From Sedimentisphaerales bacterium (GTDB lineage Bacteria > Planctomycetota > Phycisphaerae > Sedimentisphaerales > SM23-30), in contig JAFGHE010000234.1 in NCBI GenBank assembly GCA_016930295.1, forward strand, positions 1 to 17,045: DNA of 17,045 bases. Direction: 5' to 3'. The notes under the pieces were generated by a model. That model searched no databases, was not told where the DNA came from, and saw only the letters and a program-made list of their open reading frames with translations. Shown here in pieces: positions 15,356-17,045 of this stretch. Position numbers and translations under genes: made by a program. How positions within the stretch are numbered: position 1 is the stretch's first letter; every line of letters begins with the position of its first letter.

Positions 15356-17045
15356 ATGTTGAAGCGAACCAAAAATTGCGGGCAGTTGCGGTCTTCGGAC
15401 GAAGGAACTGAGGTAGTACTGGCCGGATGGGTCCAGTCCTATCGCGACCACGGCTTACTGGTATTTATCGACCTGCGCGACCGGGAAGGGCTCACCCAAC
15501 TGGTGTTCAATCCGGAAACCAACCCCGAAGGTCACGAACTCTCACGCACCATCCGCACTGAATGGGTCATCGCCGCCCGCGGGAATGTCCGCCATCGCAG
15601 TGAAGGCATGGAAAACCCCAAACTGCCTACCGGCGAAATTGAGGTGGACGTGGTTGAACTGGAAATATTTAATAAGGCCGTCACCCCGCCGTTTGAAATT
15701 GATACCACCGATACCATCAGTGAAGAACTGCGCCTGCGCTACCGCTATATCGACCTGCGCCGCCCGAAAATGCGGCATATTATGAAAATACGCAACCAGG
15801 CCACCAGTCTCATCAGAGAGTATCACATCAATCATGGCTTTTACGAAATTGAAACCCCTATCCTGGGCAAGAGCACACCCGAAGGGGCACGCGATTTCCT
15901 GGTGCCCTCCCGCCTGTCCGCAGGCTCGTTTTACGCCCTGCCGCAATCGCCCCAGCTCTTTAAACAGATCCTCATGATCAGCAGTATGGACCGTTATTTC
16001 CAGGTCGCACGCTGCTTCCGGGACGAAGATGCTCGCGCCGACCGGCAGGTCGAGTTCACCCAGATCGATGTGGAGATGAGCTTTATCGATATGAATGATA
16101 TCATCGGCGTGACCGAAGCATGCTTCGCGCACGTATTCAAACAGATCCTCGGCGCCGATATCCCCCTGCCTATACCTCGCATGAGCTATCAACAGGCCGT
16201 GAACGACTATGGTATTGACCGGCCGGACACACGATTCGATATGAAACTCAAAGACCTTACCGATATCGCCGGCGCCTGTGAGTTTAAGGTCTTTATCAAT
16301 ATTGTCAACTCACACGGTATTGTCAAAGGACTCTGCGTGCCGGGCGGAGGAAATAAATATTCACGCAGCGACATCGAACGAGGATTTACCCAGTTCGTCG
16401 GTGACTACGGCGCCGGCGGCCTGGCCTGGTTCAAGGTCACACCCTCCCAAGACGGCGGCAAACTCGAACTCACCAGCAGTATTGCCAAGTTCTTCAGCCC
16501 CGAACAAAGACAGGAGATCATCAAACGCTTCGATGCCAATGACGGCGACCTGATCCTCATAGTAGCTGATTCCCCAGAAATCGTAAACAAATCCCTCGCG
16601 CCCCTGCGCTGCCGCCTGGGTGAGGAAATGGGACTGGTCAAAGACGACCAGTATAACTTCCTCTGGGTTGTCGATTTCCCCATGTTCGAATTCAACAAGG
16701 ACGAAAACCGCTGGGACAGCCTGCATCATCCCTTTACCGCACCCATACCCGAAGACCTGCCTAAACTCGAATCTGACCCGGGCAACATCCGCTCCCAGGC
16801 CTACGATATCGTCCTTAACGGTAACGAGGTCGCCGGCGGCAGCGTTCGTATCCATCAACCCGAAATTCAGGCCAAGGTCTTCCAACTGCTGGGCATCTCT
16901 GAAGAAAAGGCACAGGAACGATTCGGATTCTTCCTCAAGGCCCTCCAATACGGCGCACCCCCTCACGGCGGCATCGCCTGGGGACTCGACCGGCTCATCA
17001 TGCTCCTGACCGGAACCGACAACATCCGAGACGTCATCGCCTTCC
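15356..17045 (+). CDS. aspS: Aspartyl-tRNA synthetase, N-terminal ~563 codons (partial; it continues past the window end).
   Basis: ATG at 15356 with an AAGGAAAAGGAA SD. The translation MLKRTKNCGQLRSSDEGTEVVLAGWVQSYRDHGLLVFIDLRDREGLTQLVFNP shows the OB anticodon-binding fold. Class II motifs are present: FRDEDARADRQVEFTQID (motif 2) and GGSVRIHQPEIQ ... GAPPHGGIAWGLDRLIMLLTG (motif 3). The frame stays open to 17045. The minus-strand ORFs at 15542-16192 and 16361-16966 are antisense artefacts. Confidence 0.93.
   Translation, partial: MLKRTKNCGQLRSSDEGTEVVLAGWVQSYRDHGLLVFIDLRDREGLTQLVFNPETNPEGHELSRTIRTEWVIAARGNVRHRSEGMENPKLPTGEIEVDVVELEIFNKAVTPPFEIDTTDTISEELRLRYRYIDLRRPKMRHIMKIRNQATSLIREYHINHGFYEIETPILGKSTPEGARDFLVPSRLSAGSFYALPQSPQLFKQILMISSMDRYFQVARCFRDEDARADRQVEFTQIDVEMSFIDMNDIIGVTEACFAHVFKQILGADIPLPIPRMSYQQAVNDYGIDRPDTRFDMKLKDLTDIAGACEFKVFINIVNSHGIVKGLCVPGGGNKYSRSDIERGFTQFVGDYGAGGLAWFKVTPSQDGGKLELTSSIAKFFSPEQRQEIIKRFDANDGDLILIVADSPEIVNKSLAPLRCRLGEEMGLVKDDQYNFLWVVDFPMFEFNKDENRWDSLHHPFTAPIPEDLPKLESDPGNIRSQAYDIVLNGNEVAGGSVRIHQPEIQAKVFQLLGISEEKAQERFGFFLKALQYGAPPHGGIAWGLDRLIMLLTGTDNIRDVIAF

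Noticed and set aside
15542-16966. Minus-strand ORFs 15542-16192 and 16361-16966 (216 and 201 aa), and + ORFs 15585-15785, 16278-16553 and 16620-17009.
   Set aside because: They lie opposite to or out of frame with an unambiguous aspartyl-tRNA synthetase reading frame. The class II motifs 2 and 3 are present in the + frame that starts at 15356.
1-17045. A search for CRISPR arrays, rRNA/tRNA genes, IS elements, integrases, toxin-antitoxin pairs, restriction-modification, or other defence or secretion modules.
   Set aside because: I found no regularly spaced direct repeats, no recombinase, nuclease or reverse transcriptase-like ORFs, and no structural RNA signatures. The window looks like chromosomal envelope and housekeeping genes.

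Overview
This 17-kb chromosomal window is dominated by membrane and cell-envelope genes. There is no CRISPR array, rRNA or tRNA, and no recognisable mobile element. Coding regions run at roughly 50% GC, the intergenic spacers are strongly AT-rich, and several start codons carry GGAGG-type ribosome-binding sites. Read left to right, the window contains eleven genes.

(1) The N-terminal 606 codons of a giant secreted Gly/Thr/Ala/Asp-rich repeat protein on the minus strand. It starts at 1818 and runs off the window edge. It looks like a Pmp-like parallel beta-helix adhesin.
(2) An unusual 1.3-kb gene-free AT-rich island at 1830-3150. It carries orphan hairpins and homopolymeric T tracts.
(3) A minus-strand cluster of three genes: a DUF3467-like small protein, a Met-less hypothetical ORF, and an MscS-family mechanosensitive channel.
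(4) A divergently transcribed, unusually long (about 500 aa) type I signal peptidase. It contains a Cys4 zinc-ribbon-like insertion.
(5) A convergent, extremely acidic Glu/Pro/Tyr-rich lipoprotein with roughly 47-aa tandem repeats.
(6) A canonical nfeD-floT membrane-microdomain operon on the minus strand. The NfeD partner carries a 47-aa His/Asp-rich loop that looks metal-binding. Flotillin has its own extended -10 promoter and a clean intrinsic terminator.
(7) A 650-bp divergent control region.
(8) A GT9 (heptosyltransferase-like) glycosyltransferase with a Cys-cluster N-terminal extension.
(9) A lipoprotein of the nucleotide pyrophosphatase/phosphodiesterase (alkaline-phosphatase superfamily) family.
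(10) The 5' two-thirds of aspartyl-tRNA synthetase, running off the right edge.

I see no obvious defence, toxin or secretion-system module. The most novel-looking items are the Zn-ribbon signal peptidase, the His-rich NfeD/flotillin pair together with the adjacent polyanionic lipoprotein, and the gene-free AT island upstream of the giant adhesin.

All calls were made by eye from the translations and the sequence. No database search was run.
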